A stretch of 64,000 nucleotides of DNA from Vicugna vicugna (taxonomy: Eukaryota): contig MU058213.1 of NCBI GenBank assembly GCA_013265495.1, forward strand, positions 3,658,001 through 3,722,000, written 5' to 3'. How positions within the stretch are numbered: position 1 is the first letter of the stretch; each line of letters begins with the position of its first letter. A program made the translations under genes and the position numbers. The notes below the pieces were generated by a model. The model saw nothing but the letters and a program-made list of their open reading frames with translations, searched no databases and was not told where the DNA came from. This document shows, piece after piece, positions 1-12,849 of the stretch.

Positions 1-3000
1 AATCTCACTTCATCATGGTGTATGATCCTTTTAATGTATTGTTGAATTCAGTTTGCCAGTATTTTTTGAGAAGTTTTGCATCCATATTCATCAAGGATAT
101 TGGCCTGTAATTTTCTTTTCTAGTGGCAACCTTGTCTGTTTGGGTTCAGGGTAATGTTGGCCTCATAAACTGAGTTTGGAAGAATTTCCACCCCCTTTCT
201 ATTTTTTGGAAGGGTTTGAGAAGGATAGGTATTAATTCTTCTCTGAATGTCTGGTAGAATTCGCCAGTGAACCTGCCTGGTCCTGGACTTCTGTTTGTTG
301 GGAGGTTTTTCATTACTGATTCCAACTCCTTTCTAGTAATCAGTCAGTTCAGATTTTTCTATTTCTTCGTGATTCAGTCTTGGTAGGGTATATTAGGAAT
401 TTATCCATTTCTTCTAGGTTGTTCAACTTGTTGGCATGTAACTGTAGTCTTTTATGAACCTCTGTATTTCTGAGCTATCAGTTGTACTATCTCCTCTTCA
501 TTTCTCATGTTACTTGAGTCCTCTCTTTTTGTCTTGGATCTAGCTAATGGTTTTTCAATTTTGTCTTTTCAAAGAACCAGCTCTTACTTTCTTTAATCTC
601 TGATATTTCCTTCCTTCTACTAACTTTGGGCTTTGGTTCTTTTTCTAGTTCCTTGAGGTGTAAAGTAAGGTTGTTTATTTGAGACTTCTCTTGTTTCTTA
701 AAGGAAGGCATTTATCACCATGAACTTTCTTCTCAGAACTTCTTTTACTGTATTCCATAAATTTGGTTATATTCCCATTTTCATTTGTCTCAAAGTATTT
801 TTTGATTTCTCTTTTGATCTCTTCTTTGATCCATTGGTTGTTCAAGCAGCATGTTGCTTAATTTCCACCTATTTGTGAATTTTACAGTTTTCTTCATATA
901 ACTGATTTCTAGATTCATACCACTGTGGTTGAAAAAGATACCTGATATGATTTCAATTCTCTTCAATTTACTAAGACTTGTTTTGTGGCCTTACATATGA
1001 TTTATCCTGGAGAATGTTCCATGTGCTCCTGAAAAGAATGTATTCTGTTGTTTTTGAATGGACTGTTTTTAATGTATCTGTTAAGTCCATTTGGTTTAAT
1101 GTGTCTTTTAAGGTTGATGTTTCCCTACTTATTTTCTGTCTGGATAATCTATCCATTGATATAAGCGGGGCATTCTGGTCTCCTTGACGGAATGTTAGTC
1201 CATCTGATGCTGTCCCAGAAGTCCCTTAAACTATTTGGATTTTTTTCCACTTGCTGCTCTGATTGGATGACGTCTGCTGCCTTATCTTCAGGTTCACGGA
1301 TCTTTTCTTCTGCTTCATCTAGTCTGTTGTTGAACCCTGCTAGTGTACCTTTCAGTTCAGTAATTGTTCTTCAGCTCTGTGACTTCTGTCTGGTACTTTC
1401 ACGTATTTTCCATCTCTTTGTTAAAGCTCTGACTGTGTTCATACATCCTTCTTCCCAGTTTATGTTTATTTTATGACCATTACTTTGCACTCTTTATCAA
1501 GTAAATTACTTATCTCAGCTTCACTGTTACTTGGCTAAGGTTTTATCTTGTTCTTTCATTTGGAACATATTCCTTTGTTTCTTCCTTTTGCTTCACTGTG
1601 TTGGTTTCTATGCAGAAAATGAAACCACCACGTCTCCCAAGCTTGAAGGAGTGTAGGAGATGAAACTTGTTCAACCCTGTCCTAGGTCTTGGTTGTCCCT
1701 TAAACTTCTGTGCTTGTCAAAGCAGTCTATTTTTAATAGTTCTCAGTAGTTAAGTATGTACCAAGACCTGTCAGTGTCCCAAAAGGGAGGATCTCGGTAC
1801 CTAAAATCAGGCTGACTGGAAGCCAGACCCGCAGGCAGCAGCTTTTAAAAGTATGCAAGTATATACAGTCCTGTGGGACTGCAAGCATAAGCCCTGCTGG
1901 CCACCAGAGCCAAGCAATCTGGAGGTGTCCCCTGGGCAGTTGCAAAACTCAGGGCTCCTGACGCGTGTATCCACTCTTCTCTGTCAGATACCAGAAATGG
2001 AACAAGGCAGAGGGAAAAAGCCAAGACTGCATCCATTCCTTGAGTATAGCTTTGTAGGTCACTAGACATATGCCAAAACAGAAGGCTGCCCCTTAGGCCA
2101 AAGCTTGAGGAAAGCAAAGAGGCCTCCCTCACAGAAAAACTTGGGGTGTGCCCCAGTCTGCTGTCAGTGCAGTGCCTTGGGGATGATACTTAGCCAAAAA
2201 CTGTCTTTCCAATTGCCACATTCCTTTCGAATGATGCAGGAATTCAAGGTCCCCTGGCCACCAGAGCCAGTTGATCTAGGGGTACCTCTTGGGCAGCAGT
2301 CACAAAAACCAGAGCACCGGATGTGTGTAACGCTCTTCTTGGGAACACACTGGCACTCAGGAGTGTGGCAGAGGGAGAGAAGGAAGATAGCACCAGCCCT
2401 CTGAGGTCTTCCAAAAGGATTACAATCAGTCCCTAAATGCATGCTTAACTAGAAGCCTGCCCCTCAGGCTAGGCTGCAGCCATGACAGTTGGCTAACAGG
2501 CCTCCATCACAGGAAAAACAAGTTCTTGGATCTGTGACGCTTGCTGTGCCATGTAGGTGGTAGCTGTTTAAGAACTCTTTTGCTGTGGGTTATAATCCTG
2601 TGGGACCCATGAGTGTAAGTCCCACTGGCACCAGTCCCACACTATGCACGGATGTCCTCTGCAGCAGCCACAAAAATCAGCGTGCCAGAAAAGGGTGTAA
2701 GTTCCTTTCTGAGTGACTCTGTTTCTTACAGTTCCGTTAGATCAGGAAGATAAGCTCCCCCGGCCTCCAGAGCTAGACAATTAAGAGGTGTCTCCTGGCT
2801 GAGAGTTGCAAAAATCAGGACACTAGACGCATGTAATAGCTCCCTTCTGGGAGAGATGGTATTCCGGAGCACAGCAAAGGGAGAGTGCAAAGACGGCACC
2901 CGCCAGTCTCTGTCCCTGGAGTGTTCCAGATAGCTCCTAGGTGTGTCTTAAACTGGATGGCTGCCCCTCAGGCTGATGCTTCAATACAAGCATGTGATTC

Positions 3001-3460
3001 TCCTTTACTTAATTCTGGGCAAGACAGGCTGCTTCTGAGCTGGGCTCTGGGGCAAGTGAGTCCAACTGTGTCAGCCCTTCAAGAGCCATTTGTTAGAAAC
3101 TTACAGTCTTGTGGGTCTTAGGATGTGAGCCCACTGGTTTTCAAAATTAGATGTCTTGGGGGCCTGTCTCTCAGATACAGGTCTTAAAACTTGGGGTGCC
3201 TGATGTGGGGCTTGAACCTTTTGATCCTCATGAGAACCTCCAGGATTCCAGTTCCCTCCTGATTGTGGGTTGCCATGCCATCGGTAAGGTTTACAATGAG
3301 ACTGTGCCTGAGCCTCTCCTACCCGCTTCCATGTGCTTTTCTTCCTGTCTGCCTGAGGTGTAGTCTTCATTCAGCCAGCCTTTAGGTTTTTTAAAGAGTT
3401 CCATATGTAGCTGTAGACTCAGTGCGTCCATGGGAGTTCAACATCTTCCTGAACCTTGAA
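1..3460 (-). mobile_element. LINE-1 5' portion (5'UTR, ORF1 N-terminal part, ORF2 endonuclease region), degraded, sense to RFX7, runs off the left edge
   Basis: ORF 971-1156(-) MDRLSRQKISRETSTLKDTLNQMDLTD is L1 endonuclease sequence. 1190-1480(-) gives ORF1-like SLRDFWDSIRWTNI. A GC-richer, internally repeated 5'UTR spans ~1600-3460. Confidence 0.9.
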
Positions 3461-5514
3461 CTGTTTCCCCAGGTATTTTTTTATTATACACATTTTATAG
3501 ATAAGAAATTTGCATAGAGAGGTAAATCTGGAAAGAATTTCATCATCCATCCTAATCCACTCCTCTTACAGATGAGAAACTTTTATTACTAATTAGTGAC
3601 TGTAAGCAAACTGAATGCCTGAAAAACAATCAAGATTAGATCATTAATTTTTCCTAATATTTATAAAGAGAAGAATTTATTAAAAATTATTAATTTCTAT
3701 TAAAATCCCTTTTCTTACCAAGACCTACACTTTTGTTAATATTCATGTATCATAGATGACAATAAAAGATACAGGATTTTAGGAAGGTCCCAAAGACATG
3801 GCAGAATTATAGTCTCTTACAAGTATTAAGCAAATAATACATTTGCTGAGTAATACATAAATGAGGTGAAAGTAATATGGTCAAACATCTAGTCAGCTTA
3901 AGCCTTGGAAAATATAACACTTGTTGAAATCCTCCAGTAATCTTAAGGTGCAATTAGATCGAGACTCCAGAGAGAAAACCTCCTGAAAGGGCCTGATCTT
4001 GATTATAAACAGATTTGATTCTTCTTATTGTTCCATGTTCTGGGCAGAACAATGACACACAGCTGAGTCCGAGCCATGGCTAAAGTCCACCAGACTCTGG
4101 CGTCTGGCAGGAACACTCAGAGAACACCGCAGAAGTACACAGTGTAATGTGCATGATAGTTTGGTGTCCCAGAGAACAGCACAGCTGGAAAAGCACTGCA
4201 TTAAGCCTGTTAGTTAGTTATATACCTTCTAGTCTGGGCCCTGAACAGAAAGTAAGAATTGTTCGTAGTACTATTAAGCCAAGCTTAGTCTAAGATCAAA
4301 TATCACTTTGAAATTCAGGTGATAAATTTTATTTTTATGGTAAGTAACTATGTAATAAACAATATATCTGAAAGATTACTTTGAAGTCAACAAAATGAAT
4401 TTAAAGAAGAGTTACACTATCATGGATACACAAATAAATGATTACGTATGACCTTACTAACCAGATCTTTTCTTCCAACTTGCCTTCCCTTTTTTATGGG
4501 ATTATTACCTAAAGTGACTTTGGGTAATAACCCCACAAAATAGATTCAGTCATGCTGAATCATGACTTATATGTCAAGGGTCTTATTCTGAAGTATATAA
4601 ATTACTAATAAAAGAACATAAGCTTCAAGGGTAGTCACCTGATATATCCTCCCTATTTTAAAAAGAAATGTGTGTCAATTTTTTAATAATAATAAAAAGT
4701 AAATACTTCTGCTTTTATTATTTCTTAAGAAAGGCTTGATTTCTCACTATTGCACATAAGAGGGCTATTTAAAATAACAATTCTTTTGGTTAAGTTGGAT
4801 TGTTTTTTTTTTTTAAATAAAAAAATAACACTCTGTATATAGTGCAAACTACATTGGTATGCTTATTTTCATTTTTAAATTGTCTCAGTTTTTCTTTGTT
4901 TTAAATTAACTTCACATAAAATGGTCAGATTATATAGTGTCTACCTATAGATTAATGAACAAAAACACTGAAGCAACGAGCACTGATTCAATTAATTCCT
5001 GATGAACCATTTTTGTTCTGTTTCCACTTAAATTCAATCTTATTCCACTAACAGTTTTTCAACAGTTTCAAACATTTCTGAAATCATTTTAGTAAAAGGA
5101 TAAATTCAGTTAAAAACGAGGTTGTTTGCATTTAAAACCCCCCAAACAAACTCCAGCATCATCTTGTGTATTCACACCATTTTATACACGAGGAAACTAA
5201 GGAGAAGAGAAGTGAAGATGATCGGCAAGGGCAGTTCATCAGTGGGCGGCTCTTTATCTCACTGATGAACCAAGCAGAGTTTTATGCAACTGGTATTCAA
5301 TACGTATCTGTTCACTGGTGGCACTGCAACATTTTCAGAAGGTTCCTTCTAAAGAACATCAGTCAGTCTCCAATTTAATTTGTTGCATAAAGTCTCAAAT
5401 GAATAAATACATAGAGCTATGATGGATGAAGAATGGAATTCTTCTAGAAACTATGTCAGCATAAAATGATGAGTGTGATATACTTACCTGCCTTTAGTGA
5501 TTATAAAGGTAAAA

Positions 5515-6060
5515 ATGAACAAAGACATAGATAGGTTTTTCACAAAAGAGGATAATCCAATTTTCAAAAAAACTGTATTAAAAAGACACTCAACTTTATT
5601 AGTCATCATGGAAATGCAAATTAAAACCCACATGGGGAAAAAAAAATCTAATGTCCATACACAGTAGAATGGAAGAAATTATGGTATATATTCATAAAGA
5701 GAATACTAAAAAGCAATTAGAAAGAACCAAAACTACACAAAGCAAAATGCTTCAATCTTACAAACGTAATATTGATTACTGCATAATTTGATTCATATAA
5801 TTTTCAAAAACAAGCAAAGCTAATCCATGGTGTTAGAAGCCAGGATAGCAGTTTCTCATGGCAAGGGTGGCATGAAGGTGATGGGAAGGGTAGTACCCAG
5901 AGGAAGACACTACGGGACTCTGGGATGATAGTGATGCTCAGTTTCTTGATCGGGAAGCTAGTAAGAAGAGTGTACTTACTATGTGAAAATGTATCCAGTT
6001 GTACACTTATGAGTTGTGCGCTTTTCTGTGTGTATGTTACACCTCAATGAAAGTTACATA
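5515..6060 (+). mobile_element. Old L1 (L1ME-like) ORF2 end and 3'UTR fragment
   Basis: GGAAATGCAAATTAAAACCCACA motif and an L1M-type 3' end GTACACTTATG...TATGTTACACCTCAATGAAA. Confidence 0.7.
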
Positions 6061-6984
6061 AAATACTGTAAGGAAATGCTATGAAAGAGATATAAGTAAG
6101 GTGCCATGTGGTCACAGAGCAGAGAGTAATTTGAATTTAGGTTACTAAAGATATAATGGTATGTGGAGAAAGTGAATGTAAATTAGGCCTTAGAAAATAA
6201 GGAGATTTGTTCACATGGGTGCTAGTGTGGGAGGGGGATGAGGCAGACCTACTTCATGTGGAGCAAAGAGTGTGAACAAAAACTGAGAAGAGCAGGGTGT
6301 GTTCTTGAAATCCTAGAAGTACAAAATAGCTAAGGCACAGGATGAACAGTGGGGAAAAAGGAAGGAGGGAGAAGAAAATTTCATACAAAAGAAGGTTTAT
6401 ATCAGGTAAGGCCAAAATGCTGGGTTGTGGAAGAGTCTGAGTAAAAACTGCTGCTACACATTGAAGGCTTTCTATGTTCAAGGCACTGATAAACATTCTA
6501 TATACGTATAGTTTTAAAACTTGATAAAAATAGTACGGTATTCATATATTTCACAAAGGGAAAGAAAGCAAATTGAACACTAAAGATTAAGGATTGTCTA
6601 CGGCTACAAACCCCACATCATAAATTAGGACTCAACCTTAGATATGGCTAGTTCCAAAGTCCAATCTCTCTCTACTGTATAATTCTTTCTCTGAAAAGTA
6701 AAAGGTTTTGAACTTCACTCTGTAGCAATAGGAAATATCAAATAAAATTTAGGAGTCTTTTTCATAGTTTATGCTTTTTACAGACTTTTAAACAAAGTCT
6801 TTATAGATGTTTTCATTTTCTATGCTGAAAAATTTTTATTTCTTTATTGAAATGGCTATTCCATTTGCTGCACCATCTCAGTTAACTTCAATGAAGTGTG
6901 GCAATTAGAACTGCACAAATGATTTCTGGTCCTTTAACATTCATGTTCTTCAATTCTACAGTTTTGGTGACATCAATGAAAGCT

Positions 6985-9900
6985 ACATAGTAAAAACCAC
7001 TAAAATTCACTTCTCCATGAAACAATGGAAAAACTGGCAAAGCTGGTCACTAACAACTTTTGAGAACTGTGGAAATTAACCCAAGGCTTACATCAAACTG
7101 GGCAGCATTTATCCAAGAAAAATGGCTGATTTTTCAGTAAGAACAGCTTTAACCTGCACTAGTCTGATACTCTTCCATTCTCCAGTAGGAGCCTTGAAAA
7201 GTAACAGCCCATATTCCCACTTCAGCCTGGTGGTCACCAGAATAAACATAACACAGCTAGAGCGCTCTCCAGCCTTCATTGCTAAGATTCATTATTTGTC
7301 TTGTGTGGTGGATTCTATGTGAGACCCTGAGACCCCACCTACTGGCTTTATCTGACCTGTGCTGGAGCCTGCCCACTGCGAAATGCTTTCTCCTTTGTGG
7401 GAGTGGAAGGGTGAGGGAAAAAAGTTGTTAAAAAAATTATAGGCAAGTGTCTTAATTTTGTGGCAGCCTGGGACAGTGGCTATCAGTTGGGACAAACAAC
7501 AGACTAACCAAAAAGCTTAAAAGGTAAAGCTGGGAAATAAGATGTCCACAGAAGCTTTAAAAAGCTCCAGCATATTTCTGGGAATCTAGAAGACCAATCA
7601 CATGCAAAGAGCTGTGTGCATTTCAAGACATAAGAAGTCCCTAAGCTCTAAATCTCTTGCTCAACTTGAGGCTCTGCAAAAGTAGGAAGTGAAGGCTAAG
7701 GAAGGGTTGCCAACTGCTTGATTGAATGTTTATGGTGTACCCCAATACATACACAGAGCCGTCTGGCAAAGACTGATTTATTGGTTCAAGTTGTTTAAGG
7801 AAATCTCTGTTCATTCAATAGCTGACCGTTAAGCAAACTGAGTAGAGACTTCAGTGGCCACACAAAAATATGACAGAATTCATCACTAGCAGATAGGGAG
7901 TTATTTAGGCTTATGTGAAAAGACACTAAACAGTAACTTGAATCCACATGAAAAAATAAAGAACACCACTAAAAGTAACTACACAGGTAAATATAAAATA
8001 CAGTCAAAATGTATTTTTTATTTGTAACTTCTTTATTCTATCTGATCTAAAAGACAACTTTACATAAAGTACCAAATATAAGTCTGTGTTGAATGGGTAC
8101 ACAATGCATAAAGATGAATGGGGGGGATAACAGAGATACATAGGAACAAAAGTTTTTGTGCACTTTTGAAATTAAGTTGGTATTAATCCAAACTAGTTTT
8201 TAAAATAAGATATTAGCTGTAATCTCCAGGAAAACCACAACAGAAAATGACTTAAAAATACATATAGTAAAAGAAAGAACAAGGGAATTACAATGGTTCA
8301 CTAGAAAATGTCTATTTACCACAAAACAAGTCAGTAATGGGGGAACTGGGGAACAAACAGACATAACACATATAGAAAACAAATACAAAAATGGCAAATG
8401 TAAATCCTATCTTATTAGTAGTTACATTAAATGTAAATGGATTAAACCTCCCGGTGAAAAGGCAGGGACAAGAAGAATGGATTCAGAATAACCTACGATC
8501 CAACTATGTCATCTACGTACTACAAATGTATTTTAGATTAAAAAACACACCTAGGTTGAAAGTAAAGAAAGAGATATAGCATGCCAAAGGTAACCAAAAG
8601 AAAACTGAAATGTCTATATTAATAGCAAAGAAAAAGACTTTAAAACAAAACTTGTTATAAGAGATAAAGATATCACTTCATGATAAATGGGTCAATCTAT
8701 CAAGAAGATATAATGATCATAACCTGTCATGCACCTAACAACAGAGCTGAAGATACATAAAATAAAAATGGACAGAACTGAAGAGAGAAATAGATAATTC
8801 AACAATAATAGCTAGAGATTTCAATACTCCACTTTCAATAATGGATAAAACTAAGCAGAAGATAAACAAGGAAACGTAAGACAAACAATAGTATAAGCCA
8901 ACTAGAACTAACAGACACCTATAGAACACTCCACCACCAACAACAGAATATACATTCTTCTCAAGTGCACATAGAATATTCTCCAGGACAGATCAAATGT
9001 TAGGCTATAAAACAAGTCTCAATATATTTAAAAGGAATGAAATCATAAAAGTATTTTCTCCAACTATAATGGAATGGAATTAGAAATCTAACTGAAAACA
9101 TGGAATTAGAAATCAATAACTGAAGGGAAATTCATAAATATGTGGTCATTAGAAATAGGTCAAAGGAGAAATCATAAGAGAAATTAGAAAGTATTTTGAG
9201 AAGAATAAAGATAAGAGCACAACATACCAAAACTTACAGGATATAGTGCAAGCAGTGCTTAGAGAGAGATTTATAGCTGCATATGACTACATTAAATAAA
9301 GAAGAAAGGTCCCAAATGAATAATCTTCCACATTAAGAAACTAGAAAAGTAAGAGGAAACCAAACCCAAAGTAGGCAGAAGAGAGGAATAATAAGGATTG
9401 GAGTGAAAATAAATGAAACAGGAAATAGAAAAACAACAGAAAAAATGTAACAGAGCCAGTAGTTGATTTTTTGAAAAGATCAACAAAACTGATAAGCCTT
9501 GAACTAAACCAACCAAGACAAAAAAAGAGAGAAGACTGAAATAGCTAAAATCAGGAATGAGAGGAATATTACAACAAACCTTATGGACATAAAAGGGACT
9601 GTAGGAGAATACTATGAAAAGCTGTATGCCATCAAACTGGATAGCCTACACAAAACAGACAAATTCCTAGAAAGACATTAACTACCAGAATGGACTCAAA
9701 AAGGAGAAGACAATCTGATCTATAAAAAAGAGACTGAGTTAGTAATTTTTCAAGTACCCACAAGGAAAGGCCCAGATCTAGATGGCTTCACTGGTGAATT
9801 CTACCAAACAAAGATGAATACAAATCCTTCATAAGTTCTTACATAAAAACAGAAGAGGGAAAACTTCCAAACTCATTCTGTGAGGCCAATCTTACCCAAT

Positions 9901-11870
9901 TCCAAAGCCAGACAAAGACATCAAAGAAAGAAAAACCCAGACCAATTATCTCATGATTACAGACATAAAAGTCCTTAACAAAATACTAACAAACTGAGTC
10001 TGTCAGCATTTAAAGACATAATACATCATGACCAAGTGTGACTTATCTGAGAAATACAAAACGTATTCAATGTACAAAAGTTAATCAAAAATGTAACATA
10101 CCATATTAATTGCATAAGAAAAACAATCTGATATGATTATCTGAACAAATGTAGAAAAAGCATTTGATAAGCTTCAGTATCCAATAATCTGGTAGCAGAT
10201 TGTAAGTCTCTCAACCTGACAAAGGTCATCTATGGAAAACCTACATAGCTAATGATGAAACACTGAAGGCTTCTTCCTTCAAACTGGGCGAAAGACAAAG
10301 ATGTCTGCATTTACCATTTCTATTCAACACTGCACTGGTAATGCCAGCAGAGCAATTAGGCAAGAAAGTGGAATAAAATCCAGATTAGAAAGAAAGAGGT
10401 AAAACCATTTCTATTTTTCAGATAACATATTCTATATAGAAAATCCTAAGGAATGTACTAAAAAAAACTTATCATTAGAGCTAATAAACTAGTTCAGCAA
10501 AAGGTTGCAGGATACAAGACCAACACATAAAAATTAGTCTTAATTTTATACAAATCAAAAATGAAATTAAAAATTAATTCCACTTACAACATCATAAAAA
10601 AATCCCCCTTAGGAATAAATTTAACAAAAGTGCAAGAAGTATACATAAAATCTATAAGACATGCTTGAAAAAAATTAAAGATATAAGAAACGGAAATATA
10701 TCCTATGTTCACGGATTGGAATAAATAATATTGTTAAGATGGCAATACTCCCAAACTGATGTACAGATTCAATGCAACCTTTATGAAAATTTCAACTGCC
10801 TTCCTTACAGAAACTGACAAGATGGAAATTCAAGGGATACAGAAGAATCAAAATAATCTTGAAAAATAATAAATTTGGAAGACTCACATTTCCCAATTTC
10901 AAAAATTACTACAAAGCTAAAGTAATCAAGATAGTATGATACCAGCATAAAGAAAGATATATACATCAATGGAATAGAGTCCAGAAGCAAGCTCATACAT
11001 GAATGGTCAACTGATTTTCCACAAGGGTACCAAGTCCATTCAATGGAGAGGAAATAATCTTTTCAACAAATGATGCTGGGACAATTGGATACTGGATATC
11101 CATGTGCAAAAGACTGAATTTGGATACCTGCGTTATACCATATACAAATATAAACTCAAAATGCAAAGATGCAAATGTCTGAGCAACAACTATAAGACAC
11201 TTTAAAGTAACCATAGTGTAAATCTGCATGACCTTTGATTAGGCAACAGTTTCTTAGATATGATACCCAAAAGCACAAGGAAGCAAAGAAAAAATAGATT
11301 GGATTTCATCAAAATTAAAAGTTTCATTCATCAGAGGACATTATCAAAAAAATGAAGAATGGCCACAGAGTGAGAGAAATATTTGCAAATCATAATATAT
11401 CTAATAAGGATCTAGTATTCTGAATAAATATAGAGTACTTACAACTAAATAATATAGACAAATAACAAATAAAAATGGGAAAAGAATAAATATTTCTCCA
11501 AAGGAACAAATAGTCAATAAGCACAGGAAAAGATACTCTCAGGGAAATGCAAACCAAAACCATGAGCTACTATTTCATATGTACTAGAATGGCTATAAAA
11601 GAAAGTGTTGGTGAGGATGTGGAGAAATGCAACCCTCCTACATTGTTGACAGGAATATAAATGGTGTACCCACTTTGGAAAATAGTTTGGTAATGCCTCA
11701 AAGTTAAACACAGAGTTACCATATGATCCAGAAGTCCCACTTCTAGATATATGTCTAAGAGAAATGAAAATACATGCCATGCAAAAATGTATAGACAAAT
11801 GCTCACAGCAATCTTATTTATGATACCCCAAAGTGTAACCAACTCAAATGTTCATTAACTGATGAATGGA
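6985..11870 (+). mobile_element. LINE-1 (L1M4/L1MB-like): 5' region, most of ORF1 deleted, degraded near-complete ORF2 and part of the 3'UTR
   Basis: ORF 8391-8579 MANVNPILLVVTLNVNGLNLPVKRQ is the ORF2 start. Later motifs include GATGGCTTCACTGGTGAATTCTACCAAACA and AAGGTTGCAGGATACAAG. Many frameshifts. Confidence 0.92.
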
Positions 11871-12347
11871 ATTTTCTGAAGTTAGGAAGCAATAATTAAA
11901 AATTAGACACTTCAATACATTAATTAAATTTGAATAATTTTGTATATATTTTTCAAACTAGTTTTAATTTCTTACCAACAAAACAGCTATTTGATAAAAG
12001 AGCCCATCTAACATGCAATGAAATAAACACAAAGGGTCTTATTATCATTTTGCTACAGTCAGATGGCTAATTTGGTTAACCAGCTTTATAAAATAGAATC
12101 GAGTATATTAGCACATTAAGTACTTCTTTGCTGCTAGTTTATCAGTCACATAACTAATAAATACCAAGAAAAAAACTAAGGACATTTAAGGTTTTAAAGA
12201 AACTTAAAGTATCAGTGATATTCACTATTATCAATATATATTTAGATCTTCCATGCTAAAAAAACGTCTCCAAGGATCTCTAGAGAATGCAGAGTATCTG
12301 CATGAACAATCAAAACATTTTGTAGATGGAGTAACAACTCCAATGAA

Positions 12348-12435
12348 CACTACTGACATTTTGGGGGTGGGTTAATTTTTTGTTGTAGGGGCTGTCTTGT
12401 GCTTTGCAGGATGTTAAGTAGCACACCTAGCCTTT
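12348..12435 (-). mobile_element. MER20 (hAT-Charlie MITE) fragment
   Basis: CACTACTGACATTTTGGG...GGGGCTGTCTTGTGCTTTGCAGGATGTTAAG resembles MER20 and the full copy at 44976. Confidence 0.7.
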
Positions 12436-12849
12436 TATTCTGCCTTAGGCTGTAAGGATATTCATTTAAACTGTTAAAGTGTTTCCTAGGTACTAGGTTC
12501 CTATGGGGATTTAAAATTAATCTGGGAGGTCAGAAAACTTGAGACAGTTACATAATCATAGCTGTGTTACACTGTAAAATGCCAAAGTAAATGAAGAGAA
12601 ATCACATGCTTAAGAAAAAGTTAATGTAGGAATAAATCCTCCCACCCCTCAAGGCACAGAGTAACAAGGGTCAGGAATCATCTCCCCAGGTAGTAAAGTA
12701 ACCCTTACGAGAAATTTAAAAGGAGTGGGTGGTAGTTAAGAGATAGTAACAGATGAGGTGGGAATCTCAAGACCATTTGGCTGGTAGGGAGGAGGGGAAA
12801 GGGGAACATAGTAGTTGTGTAGATTTGTTAAAAGTCTGCTACCAGAATA

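Noticed and set aside
8391..11600. L1 ORF2 as an active retrotransposon
   Set aside because: No long open frame remains and ORF1 is largely deleted.
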